From: a virus
Reading direction: 5' to 3' (one strand)
Virus record (IMG/VR): IMGVR_UViG_3300007734_000761
Span: 96,001-160,000 of that record
Length of the DNA: 64,000 nucleotides
The translations under genes and the position numbers were made by a program. Under the pieces are notes generated by a model. That model was not told the DNA's origin, ran no database searches, and was given only the letters and a program-made list of their open reading frames with translations. Below are positions 21,001 to 26,737 of this stretch, one piece after another; the stretch's first letter is position 1, and every line of letters starts with the position of its first letter.

Positions 21001-22489
21001 TAGTGCCTGAGGATCCTGAAGTACCTGATGAGCCACTAGAACCAGAAGTTCCTGAACTACCTGAAGTTCCTGATGAACCTGATGAACCATCAACTCCACT
21101 TAAACCTGAAGTACCCGAAGTACCAGATGAGCCTGATGAGCCACTAGTACCTGATGATCCACTTGTTCCTGAAGAACCTGAACTACCTGACGTGCCACTT
21201 GAGCCAGATGTTCCCGAACTTCCACTTGAACCACTTGTACCTGATGAACCTGAGCTTCCTGAAGTACCAGACGAACCTGATGTTCCTGAACTTCCGCTAG
21301 TTCCACTTGAACCTGAACTTCCACTAGTTCCTGAAGAACCGCTTGAGCCAGATGTTCCCGAACTTCCACTAGTTCCTGAAGAACCGCTTGAGCCAGATGT
21401 ACCTGATGAACCACTTGTTCCACTACTTCCTGAAGTGCCAGATGAGCCTGAGCTACCTGAAGTACCAGATGAACCACTTGTTCCTGAGCTTCCGCTTGTA
21501 CCGGATGAACCTGATGAACCGCTAGTTCCACTTGAACCTGAACTTCCGCTAGTTCCTGAAGAACCACTTGAGCCAGATGTACCTGACGAACCGCTTGTTC
21601 CTGAAGAACCACTTGTTCCACTTGAACCAGATGAACCAGATGTTCCTGAGCTTCCACTTGTTCCACTTGAACCTGAAGTACCTGAAGAACCACTTGAACC
21701 TGAAGTACCTGAAGAACCACTTGAGCCAGATGTGCCTGATGAACCGCTAGTTCCTGATGAACCAGATGTTCCACTTGTTCCGCTTGAACCTGATGTTCCT
21801 GAAGTGCCAGATGAACCGCTAGTACCTGATGAACCACTAGAACCTGATGTTCCACTTGAACCACTTGTACCTGATGAACCAGATGTGCCTGATGAACCTG
21901 AGCTGCCACTTGTACCAGATGAGCCAGATGTTCCTGATGAACCTGACGTGCCTGAACTACCCGAAGTGCCAGAAGAACCAGATGTACCATTTGTACCTGA
22001 AGTACCGTTTGTGCCAGATGTTCCACTAGTTCCTGAAGTTCCTGAACTACCACTAGTTCCTGAGGTTCCTGAACTGCCACTAGTACCTGATGTTCCACTT
22101 GTGCCAGATGTACTAAAATCAGCTATTGGAGCATATGTAAATTGTCCAGAACTAGTATCATATGTTATAAAATAACCTGATGAAGAGTTTTCACTTACTC
22201 CTAAAACTATAAAAGGATTTGAACCTGAAATTAATAATGATCCAGTAATTACAGCTGAACCTGAAAACGGAAATCCTGCTCCTCCACTACCTGAAGAAGC
22301 TATTCCATAACTAACTAATCCTGTTGCTGGATCATATGTTAAATTATATGAGGCTGAAAGATCATTTTCTACTCCAATAAGTGTTAATGGGTTTGAGCCT
22401 GAAATTATTACACTCTCACTAATGCTACCTGTAATAGATAAATCATTAGATAAATACCACCCTAACTGTTCTGGTCTTACTCTTGCCAT
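12095..22489 (-). CDS. Giant 3464-aa Ser/Gly/Thr-repeat virion fibre protein
   Basis: Short unique N-terminus, about 3100 aa of G-S-S/G-T-S triplets, then a C-terminal fibre-type region (NYVLTATG...GEANLTFDG; KNFDIIHP...LEGPE.GVYVRG...IELP.YW..LV). Confidence 0.85.
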   Translation of the reverse strand: MARVRPEQLGWYLSNDLSITGSISESVIISGSNPLTLIGVENDLSASYNLTYDPATGLVSYGIASSGSGGAGFPFSGSAVITGSLLISGSNPFIVLGVSENSSSGYFITYDTSSGQFTYAPIADFSTSGTSGTSGTSGSSGTSGTSGSSGTSGTSGTSGTNGTSGTNGTSGSSGTSGSSGTSGSSGTSGSSGTSGSSGSSGTSGSSGTSGSSGTSGSSGSSGTSGSSGTSGTSGSSGTSGTSGSSGTSGSSGTSGSSGSSGTSGSSGSSGTSGSSGTSGSSGTSGSSGSSGTSGSSGTSGSSGTSGSSGSSGTSGSSGSSGTSGSSGSSGTSGSSGTSGSSGTSGSSGSSGTSGSSGTSGSSGTSGSSGSSGTSGSSGTSGSSGSSGTSGSSGSSGTSGSSGTSGSSGTSGSSGSSGTSGSSGSSGTSGSSGTSGSSGSSGTSGSSGTSGSSGSSGTSGTSGLSGVDGSSGSSGTSGSSGTSGSSGSSGTSGSSGTSGSSGTSGSSGTSGSSGTSGSSGSSGTSGSSGTSGSSGTSGSSGTSGSSGSSGTSGSSGTSGSSGSSGTSGSSGSSGTSGSSGSSGTSGISGINGTSGTSGSSGTSGSSGTSGIDGTSGSSGTSGSSGTSGSSGSSGTSGSSGSSGTSGSSGTSGSSGSSGTSGSSGTSGSSGTSGSSGSSGTSGISGVDGTSGTSGSSGSSGTSGSSGTSGSSGTSGSSGSSGTSGSSGSSGTSGSSGSSGTSGSSGSSGTSGSSGTSGSSGTSGSSGSSGTSGSSGSSGTSGSSGSSGTSGISGVDGTSGTSGSSGTSGSSGTSGSSGTSGSSGSSGTSGSSGSSGTSGSSGSSGTSGSSGTSGSSGTSGSSGSSGTSGSSGTSGSSGSSGTSGSSGSSGTSGSSGTSGSSGTSGSSGSSGTSGSSGTSGSSGTSGSSGSSGTSGSSGSSGTSGSSGTSGISGVDGTSGTSGSSGTSGSSGTAGSSGSSGTSGSSGTSGSSGTSGSSGSSGTSGSSGSSGTSGSSGTSGSSGSSGTSGSSGTSGSSGTSGSSGTSGSSGTSGSSGSSGSSGTSGSSGTSGSSGTSGSSGTSGSSGSSGTSGSSGSSGTSGSSGTSGISGVDGTSGTSGSSGTSGSSGTSGSSGSSGTSGSSGSSGTSGSSGSSGTSGSSGSSGTNGSSGTSGSSGSSGTSGSSGTSGSSGTSGSSGSSGTSGSSGSSGTSGSSGTSGSSGTSGSSGSSGTSGSSGTSGSSGTSGSSGSSGTSGSSGTSGISGVDGTSGTSGSSGTSGSSGTSGSSGTSGSSGSSGTSGSSGSSGTSGSSGSSGTSGSSGTSGSSGTSGSSGSSGTSGSSGSSGTSGSSGTSGSSGTSGSSGSSGTSGSSGSSGTSGSSGSSGSSGSSGTSGSSGTSGSSGSSGTSGSSGSSGTSGISGVNGTSGTSGSSGTSGSSGTSGSSGSSGTSGSSGSSGTSGSSGSSGTSGSSGTSGSSGTSGSSGTSGSSGSSGTSGSSGSSGTSGSSGTSGSSGTSGSSGSSGTSGSSGSSGTSGSSGTSGSSGTSGSSGTSGSSGSSGTSGSSGSSGTSGSSGSSGTSGISGVDGTSGTSGSSGTSGSSGTSGSSGSSGTSGSSGTSGSSGTSGSSGSSGTSGSSGTSGSSGSSGTSGSSGTSGSSGTSGSSGSSGTSGSSGTSGSSGSSGTSGSSGSSGTSGSSGTSGSSGSSGTSGSSGSSGTSGSSGTSGSSGTSGISGVNGTSGTSGSSGSSGTSGSSGTSGSSGTSGSSGTSGSSGSSGTSGSSGSSGTSGSSGTSGSSGSSGTSGSSGTSGSSGSSGTSGSSGSSGTSGSSGSSGTSGSSGTSGISGVNGTSGTSGSSGTSGSSGSSGTSGSSGTSGSSGSSGTSGSSGTSGSSGSSGTSGSSGTSGSSGTSGSSGSSGTSGSSGSSGTSGSSGTSGSSGTSGSSGSSGTSGSSGSSGTSGSSGTSGSSGTSGSSGSSGTSGSSGSSGTSGSSGTSGSSGTSGSSGSSGTSGSSGTSGSSGTSGISGVNGTSGTSGSSGTSGSSGTSGSSGSSGTSGSSGSSGTSGSSGSSGTSGSSGSSGTSGSSGSSGTSGSSGTSGSSGTSGSSGTSGSSGSSGTSGSSGSSGTSGSSGTSGSSGTSGSSGTSGSSGSSGTSGSSGSSGTSGSSGTSGISGVNGTSGTSGSSGTSGSSGSSGTSGSSGTSGSSGSSGTSGSSGSSGTSGSSGTSGSSGSSGTSGTSGSSGTSGSSGTSGSSGTSGSSGSSGTSGSSGSSGTSGSSGSSGTSGSSGSSGTSGISGVNGTSGTSGSSGTSGSSGSSGTSGSSGSSGTSGSSGTSGSSGTSGSSGTSGSSGSSGTSGSSGTSGSSGTSGSSGSSGTSGSSGSSGTSGSSGTSGSSGTSGSSGTSGSSGSSGTSGSSGSSGTSGISGVNGTSGTSGSSGSSGTSGSSGTSGSSGSSGTSGSSGSSGTSGSSGTSGSSGTSGSSGSSGTSGSSGSSGTSGSSGSSGTSGSSGSSGTSGSSGTSGSSGTSGSSGSSGTSGSSGSSGTSGSSGTSGSSGSSGTSGSSGTSGSSGTSGSSGTSGSSGTSGISGVNGTSGTSGSSGTSGSSGTSGSSGTSGSSGSSGTSGSSGSSGTSGSSGTSGSSGTSGSSGSSGTSGSSGTSGSSGSSGTSGSSGSSGTSGSSGTSGSSGTSGSSGSSGTSGSSGSSGTSGSSGSSGTSGSSGTSGSSGTSGSSGSSGTSGSSGSSGTSGISGVNGTSGTSGSSGTSGSSGSSGTSGSSGSSGTSGSSGSSGTSGSSGSSGTSGSSGTSGSSGSSGTSGSSGSSGTSGSSGTSGSSGSSGTSGSSGSSGNSGASGTSGTSGSSGTSGSSGTSGSSGSSGTSGSSGSSGTSGSSGTSGSSGTSGSSGSSGTSGSSGSSGTSGSSGTSGSSGTSGSSGSSGTSGSSGSSGTSGSSGSSGTSGISGVNGTSGTSGSSGSSGTSGSSGSSGTSGSSGSSGTSGSSGSSGTSGSSGNSGTSGSSGTSGSSGTSGSSGSSGTSGSSGSSGTSGSSGSSGTSGSSGTSGSSGTSGSSGSSGTSGSSGSSGTSGSSGTSGSSGSSGTSGSSGSSGTSGSSGSSGTSGSSGTSGISGVNSTSGTSGSSGSSGTSGSSGSSGTSGSSGSSGTSGSSGSSGTSGSSGSSGSSGTSGSSGTSGSSGSSGTSGSSGSSGTSGSSGSSGTSGSSGSSGTSGASGASGTSGTSGSSGTSGSSGSSGTSGINGTSGSSGTSGSSGSSGTSGTTTITNNTDNYVLTATGTSTINGEANLTFDGSTLNLNSGANLNLAGGSIDTNGGAIDTGGGNLDLGAGSINPGGAVVGGVLNFDIINGNIKNFDIIHPTKKEPWRLRYSVLEGPEIGVYVRGRLTNNNTIELPYYWTDLVHEDSITVTLTSIGKPQNLYVISANPEKVTIGIEEGNIDCYYVVYGERKDVDKLITEYIRE
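12696..22112 (-). repeat. ~9.4-kb degenerate 9-nt coding tandem repeat (GSS/GTS) with periodic GISGV(N/D)G punctuation
   Basis: Directly visible. Spacings between punctuation marks are all multiples of 9 nt. Confidence 0.95.
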
Positions 22490-22490
22490 C

Positions 22491-23720
22491 TTATTGGAAT
22501 TTTCCTATTATTAATACAGAATCTGGGTTAGGGCTTGAAGGTGAATTTAATTCAAATCCTAAACCAGACAATGATGTGTTAAACGTAAATACTATATCAT
22601 TTCCAATTTGTTGTAAATTAAAGAAATTAGGTTCTGTGTTAATTCCGTTTATTAATACAATAAATTGATTTTTTCCTGTTGGTGGTAATGGGTCAGGAGC
22701 AACCATAATTTGTTTACCATATAAAGTAGCTTGATTCGTACTAGTTACAATAGCTAAAGCTGAATTATTTGTATTTAAATATTGTGATACTGCTGCAAAT
22801 GATGCTGGGGTTATTATTGGTGGACTTAGTGGATTCACATTCGTTATTTTTGGTTTTTTTACATTTACTGGAATTATTAAATCATCTACTGCATATTCGT
22901 TAAAAATTACTTGACCTTTACTTACATATGCCATATCATGTGATAAATATGCATTTATAGTGTCGGGTATTAAATAACCATGTAATTTCATTGTGATTTT
23001 ACTAACAACAGTTCTTTCTTCTTCTGCTGAGTATTGAACAGATGTTGGAAAAGACTCTATATTTACTCTAAAATAATAACGATTTTTATCTCCCCAATAA
23101 CTATTTTCAGCATATTGTACAGCTTCAAGTATTCTATTGGATTGTTCTACAAAATCTGCATAAATATTTAATTCATATGTAATAGTAACATAATCTGGGT
23201 GTGCTACCACCATCATTTCTTTTACTGGTTGGCGATTATTTAACACATTAAAATTATCATAAGCATTTTTATTGGTAAATTGTCTTTCAAAAACATGAAC
23301 GTTTTGAGCTAAATTACCATCAAGATTTCTACCTACATTACGATTTTTTGTTACATCTGTTCTGTTAACTACAATAAGAGGAGCAATAATTTTACCACTT
23401 ACATCACGTAAAAATCCTTCTTTTTGCATTGCTACCCATCTTTCAGGATAAGCATATATTACAGGAACATCAATAAGTTCTGTATTACTGTATACTGTAG
23501 GTTTAATGTTATTTTTAATATGTTCTAATACAGCCGTATCAATATCAATTAATTTAACACTAAAATTTTTCTCTCTAGTGCCTTTTTGTGATACTTTTAA
23601 AGCTCTATTAGGTTTACTAACCATAGGCTCTTTACCATAACTAGCAAGTTCATAAGGTACAATTTTATCTTGTACTTCTTGTGCGGGAGTTTTAGGTATA
23701 GGTTTTCTTACTTGAGCCAT
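22491..23720 (-). CDS. Tail terminator/sheath stabiliser-like protein (T4 gp15-like) with a C-terminal extension
   Basis: DIDTAV, VPVIYA.PERW, PDYVTITYEL.IY and EQ.N.I.E motifs; follows the two neck genes. Confidence 0.55.
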   Translation of the reverse strand: MAQVRKPIPKTPAQEVQDKIVPYELASYGKEPMVSKPNRALKVSQKGTREKNFSVKLIDIDTAVLEHIKNNIKPTVYSNTELIDVPVIYAYPERWVAMQKEGFLRDVSGKIIAPLIVVNRTDVTKNRNVGRNLDGNLAQNVHVFERQFTNKNAYDNFNVLNNRQPVKEMMVVAHPDYVTITYELNIYADFVEQSNRILEAVQYAENSYWGDKNRYYFRVNIESFPTSVQYSAEEERTVVSKITMKLHGYLIPDTINAYLSHDMAYVSKGQVIFNEYAVDDLIIPVNVKKPKITNVNPLSPPIITPASFAAVSQYLNTNNSALAIVTSTNQATLYGKQIMVAPDPLPPTGKNQFIVLINGINTEPNFFNLQQIGNDIVFTFNTSLSGLGFELNSPSSPNPDSVLIIGKFQ

Positions 23721-24334
23721 TATTGTATTTTATAAGGTAAAATATTAAGTTTAATAGGTCTAGTCATTATTGTATCTAATTCAAATACTAAACTTTGACC
23801 TCTTTTATTTAAACTACTACTTTCAAAATTAGAAGCACCATAGATATATTGATCATCATTACCGAAATCAATCCAGTTTTCGTTTACATTATAAACTTCA
23901 TAGTATCTTTCTCTATCTAAAATAATGTCTCCTACTTCAGGCATTACTCCAATTTTAAGCATCATTTCATGTACAAACCAGAATTGAGATTTTTGTGTAT
24001 TACTTACACCATAATCTTCTACTATTTGAAGTTCATCACCTCTATCAATATAACATTTAATAAGAACAGGTTGATAGTACCATTTTGAAGTACTTTCACC
24101 ATAGATATTTGTAGATGAATTAGTAGCACTTATTTTATAATAAGGCACTTGCATTGACATTAATCTTTTATAAGCTTCTGTAATAGAAGTTACTTGAAAA
24201 TCAATGTCATTACCTGGAGCAAAGGGCATAGGTCTAGCTAATCCATCTGGTTGAGATGGTAAAGCTTCATAATCACCGGGGGTGGTAACTTTTTGGCCTG
24301 GTACTCTGAAAAATGCTCCTGGTTTGTTAGTCAT
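23720..24334 (-). CDS. Neck/head-completion protein (T4 gp14-like)
   Basis: NIYGES..K.Y..PV.I, PEVGDII...YYEV motifs; gene position. Confidence 0.6.
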   Translation of the reverse strand: MTNKPGAFFRVPGQKVTTPGDYEALPSQPDGLARPMPFAPGNDIDFQVTSITEAYKRLMSMQVPYYKISATNSSTNIYGESTSKWYYQPVLIKCYIDRGDELQIVEDYGVSNTQKSQFWFVHEMMLKIGVMPEVGDIILDRERYYEVYNVNENWIDFGNDDQYIYGASNFESSSLNKRGQSLVFELDTIMTRPIKLNILPYKIQ

Positions 24335-25935
24335 TATAGAATGTAAATAGGTGAAGGTAAAGGTATATTATTCATAATAGCATTGTTAGCATCATCTTCA
24401 GCTTTTTGTCTTTCTAACTGTTTTTGTTTTGAAGTTTCATCTAATAAAACTCTAAGTTCTTCTAATAATGCTGCTTTATCTGCTTGAGATTGACTCATCA
24501 AATCACTACTAGACATAGCTCCTACTTTTGGAACTTCTGCTGCAGGATATTTACCTCTTGAATAACCTAAAATCTCTTTACAAATTGCTAATACATACCT
24601 CATAATCCATGATTTACCTATTGAATTAATTCTAGAATATGTTGGGTTTGCATAAGGTACATTAGATACATCTGTTATGATAGGTTTATCATACGGAGGA
24701 ACGTTACTATTTTGATTTTGGTTTTGTTGTAAAACATCACTTTCTTTAGCAAACTCAAGCCATAATTTATTTCCATTTCCTGGAGGAATAGGGAATATAG
24801 TAAGTATATTATTATTTACACTAAAACTATATCCATTGTATCTTACATCCATCTGCATATTCCATTCTTGTATTCTTTGTATGTCAAAATACACAGGCCA
24901 CTGAATGTATGAATTATATCCATATCCACCATAAAATCCAAACATATCAGCGGTAGCACCTACACCTCCTAAACCAGGGTATGGGCTTGTCATCCATGCT
25001 TGAGCAGGAGGAGCTTGATAAAATACTCTAACTACTACAGGATTATCTTTTAAACTAATAAGACTTTCACTAACAAACAATGTTTTTAAGTCATACGTTT
25101 GTTGACCATCTATTAGGTCAATACTCGCGCTATATACTGGAATATCGCGTATGAAAGCTTGGTCCGCATAATTATTGGCGATTCTTATAGTTCCACCTAA
25201 AGTTCGGTCAATAAGTCGAGTATTCATATTATAATCTGACTTATAAGCTATATATTGTACTACTTGAGTTGTAGGTGTTATACTAGCATTAGGATCTACA
25301 TCTAAAATATAATTATTATTTACATAACTAGCAGATACATAAAAATAATCTGCAGAATTAATAAAAGGAAGAGGATTTTTTACAACAAAATAAACATTTC
25401 CACCTTTCATGTAAGTATATTGGGGTAAAAAATTACCACACTGATTTTCAATGCCAAAAGATTGTACTAAACTGAAGTCAGCTCTAGACATTGATGGAAT
25501 AACACTAGCAGAAACTACATAAAATATACTTCCACTATTAATAGCCCATTGCATTTCTGGGGCCGATGTAAAATCTGAAGCTACAGCTACTTCTGGTGGG
25601 CTAAACGATAAAGAAGCATTAAAGTAACTTACATTATATTCACATAAAAAACTATCTGTGTAACTACCTTCTATTGATAAGTAGTTTTCTCTTACTTTAT
25701 AAAGATAAACTTCATTACCATAAGTAGTTACTGCTTCTTCCATAGCAGCATATATTTGAAAATCTACAAGTTCAACGTCAACTACACCAAAACCTAAACG
25801 TCGGGTTACATAAAAACAAGCACGTTGTGCATCGTTTTGAAACGTTGGATCATTATCATAGTAACCGAAAGGAGTATTACCAGGAACTGGTAATAGATCG
25901 GATGTGGATAGGGCGTAATTGTAATCTTGAGACAT
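24334..25935 (-). CDS. Neck protein (T4 gp13-like) with an internal insertion
   Basis: RRLG..VVDVEL...QI and WIMRYVLAICKEILG..RGKY motifs; C-terminal P.PIY. Confidence 0.7.
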   Translation of the reverse strand: MSQDYNYALSTSDLLPVPGNTPFGYYDNDPTFQNDAQRACFYVTRRLGFGVVDVELVDFQIYAAMEEAVTTYGNEVYLYKVRENYLSIEGSYTDSFLCEYNVSYFNASLSFSPPEVAVASDFTSAPEMQWAINSGSIFYVVSASVIPSMSRADFSLVQSFGIENQCGNFLPQYTYMKGGNVYFVVKNPLPFINSADYFYVSASYVNNNYILDVDPNASITPTTQVVQYIAYKSDYNMNTRLIDRTLGGTIRIANNYADQAFIRDIPVYSASIDLIDGQQTYDLKTLFVSESLISLKDNPVVVRVFYQAPPAQAWMTSPYPGLGGVGATADMFGFYGGYGYNSYIQWPVYFDIQRIQEWNMQMDVRYNGYSFSVNNNILTIFPIPPGNGNKLWLEFAKESDVLQQNQNQNSNVPPYDKPIITDVSNVPYANPTYSRINSIGKSWIMRYVLAICKEILGYSRGKYPAAEVPKVGAMSSSDLMSQSQADKAALLEELRVLLDETSKQKQLERQKAEDDANNAIMNNIPLPSPIYIL

Positions 25936-25943
25936 AGTCGATG

Positions 25944-25951
25944 ATAAATAT
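25944..25951 (-). promoter_or_regulatory. ATATTTAT putative late promoter (neck operon)
   Basis: 8 nt before the ATG at 25935. Confidence 0.65.
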
Positions 25952-26664
25952 TAATCTCTTAATGTTTTATAAATTTCTAAGATTGGTTCTACTATTGGAT
26001 GGCGATGATTTGTTTTAAGATGAAAATGACTAACACCATCAATAGCAGCTACTGCTTTACTTACAAAATATAATCCTGAGTCTTTTTTGAATTTTAAGTC
26101 AATTTGTCCAACATCACCAACAATACACATTTTTGATCCTTCACATAAACGAGTAATAGCAAGTTCCATTTGTGAATCGGTAATGTTTTGAGCTTCATCT
26201 AAAATAATAAAGCTATTACTAAAATTTCGACCTCTCATAAAAGCAAATGGAATAATTTCTATTCTTCCTTCAGCAAACTCTTTATCGATTTTTTCTTTAT
26301 TGTATAATCGATACATGTTATCATAGATAGGGGCAATAAATGGATCTAATTTATCTTTTAATCCACCTGGAAGAAAACCAATGTCTTCTTTAGCTGTTAC
26401 TACAGGTCTAGCTACAATAATCTTTTCTATTTCTTTGTTAAACAATAAATCTAAAGCTGCTTGACAAGCTACTAATGTTTTACCACTACCTGCAGCACCT
26501 GTTAATACTGAAATTGTGTTGTCGTAAATAATTCCTTTTGCTTGTTTTTGTTCTTGATTTAAAGATACATTAAATTTGATTGGATTTTTTGGTTTACGTT
26601 TTTCTTTAAATTTGTCGTGGTGAGTTGCTACTGCATTTACCACACTTTCTACATTATTGTCCAT
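25951..26664 (-). CDS. phoH: PhoH-family ATPase (likely start MDNNVES at 26664)
   Basis: GAAGSGKT, RP.V...GFLPG, AFMRGR, ILDEAQN, TRL, GD..QIDL and RHPIV motifs. Confidence 0.95.
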   Translation of the reverse strand: MDNNVESVVNAVATHHDKFKEKRKPKNPIKFNVSLNQEQKQAKGIIYDNTISVLTGAAGSGKTLVACQAALDLLFNKEIEKIIVARPVVTAKEDIGFLPGGLKDKLDPFIAPIYDNMYRLYNKEKIDKEFAEGRIEIIPFAFMRGRNFSNSFIILDEAQNITDSQMELAITRLCEGSKMCIVGDVGQIDLKFKKDSGLYFVSKAVAAIDGVSHFHLKTNHRHPIVEPILEIYKTLRD

Positions 26665-26678
26665 AACTTTGTGTGGCA

Positions 26679-26686
26679 ATAAATAT
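26679..26686 (-). promoter_or_regulatory. ATATTTAT putative late promoter (phoH)
   Basis: Directly after the capsid terminator, 14 nt before the ATG at 26664. Confidence 0.65.
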
Positions 26687-26687
26687 G

Positions 26688-26714
26688 AAAAAAAGACCCG
26701 CCGAAGCGGGTCTT
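26688..26714 (-). terminator. Rho-independent terminator after the major capsid gene, C(UUCG)G tetraloop
   Basis: Minus strand reads AAGACCCGC-TTCG-GCGGGTC-TTTTTTT. Confidence 0.92.
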
Positions 26715-26737
26715 AATTAATTTAGATCAGACTATGA

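Noticed and set aside
12757-22098. Series of 80-330-aa minus-strand V/Q/L/H-rich ORFs
   Set aside because: Alternative-frame shadows of the giant gene; their stops come from the GIS (ATA AGT) punctuation codons.
12696-22112. Possible CRISPR array or DGR-like repeat
   Set aside because: No constant repeat with unique spacers, no adenine-specific template/variable pair and no reverse transcriptase in the window; it is an in-frame coding repeat.
12876-22175. 3099-aa plus-strand ORF (PLEPDVPDE...)
   Set aside because: Antisense shadow of the GSS/GTS repeat: that frame lacks stops because of the limited codon set. It has no unique domains, and all real genes here are on the minus strand.
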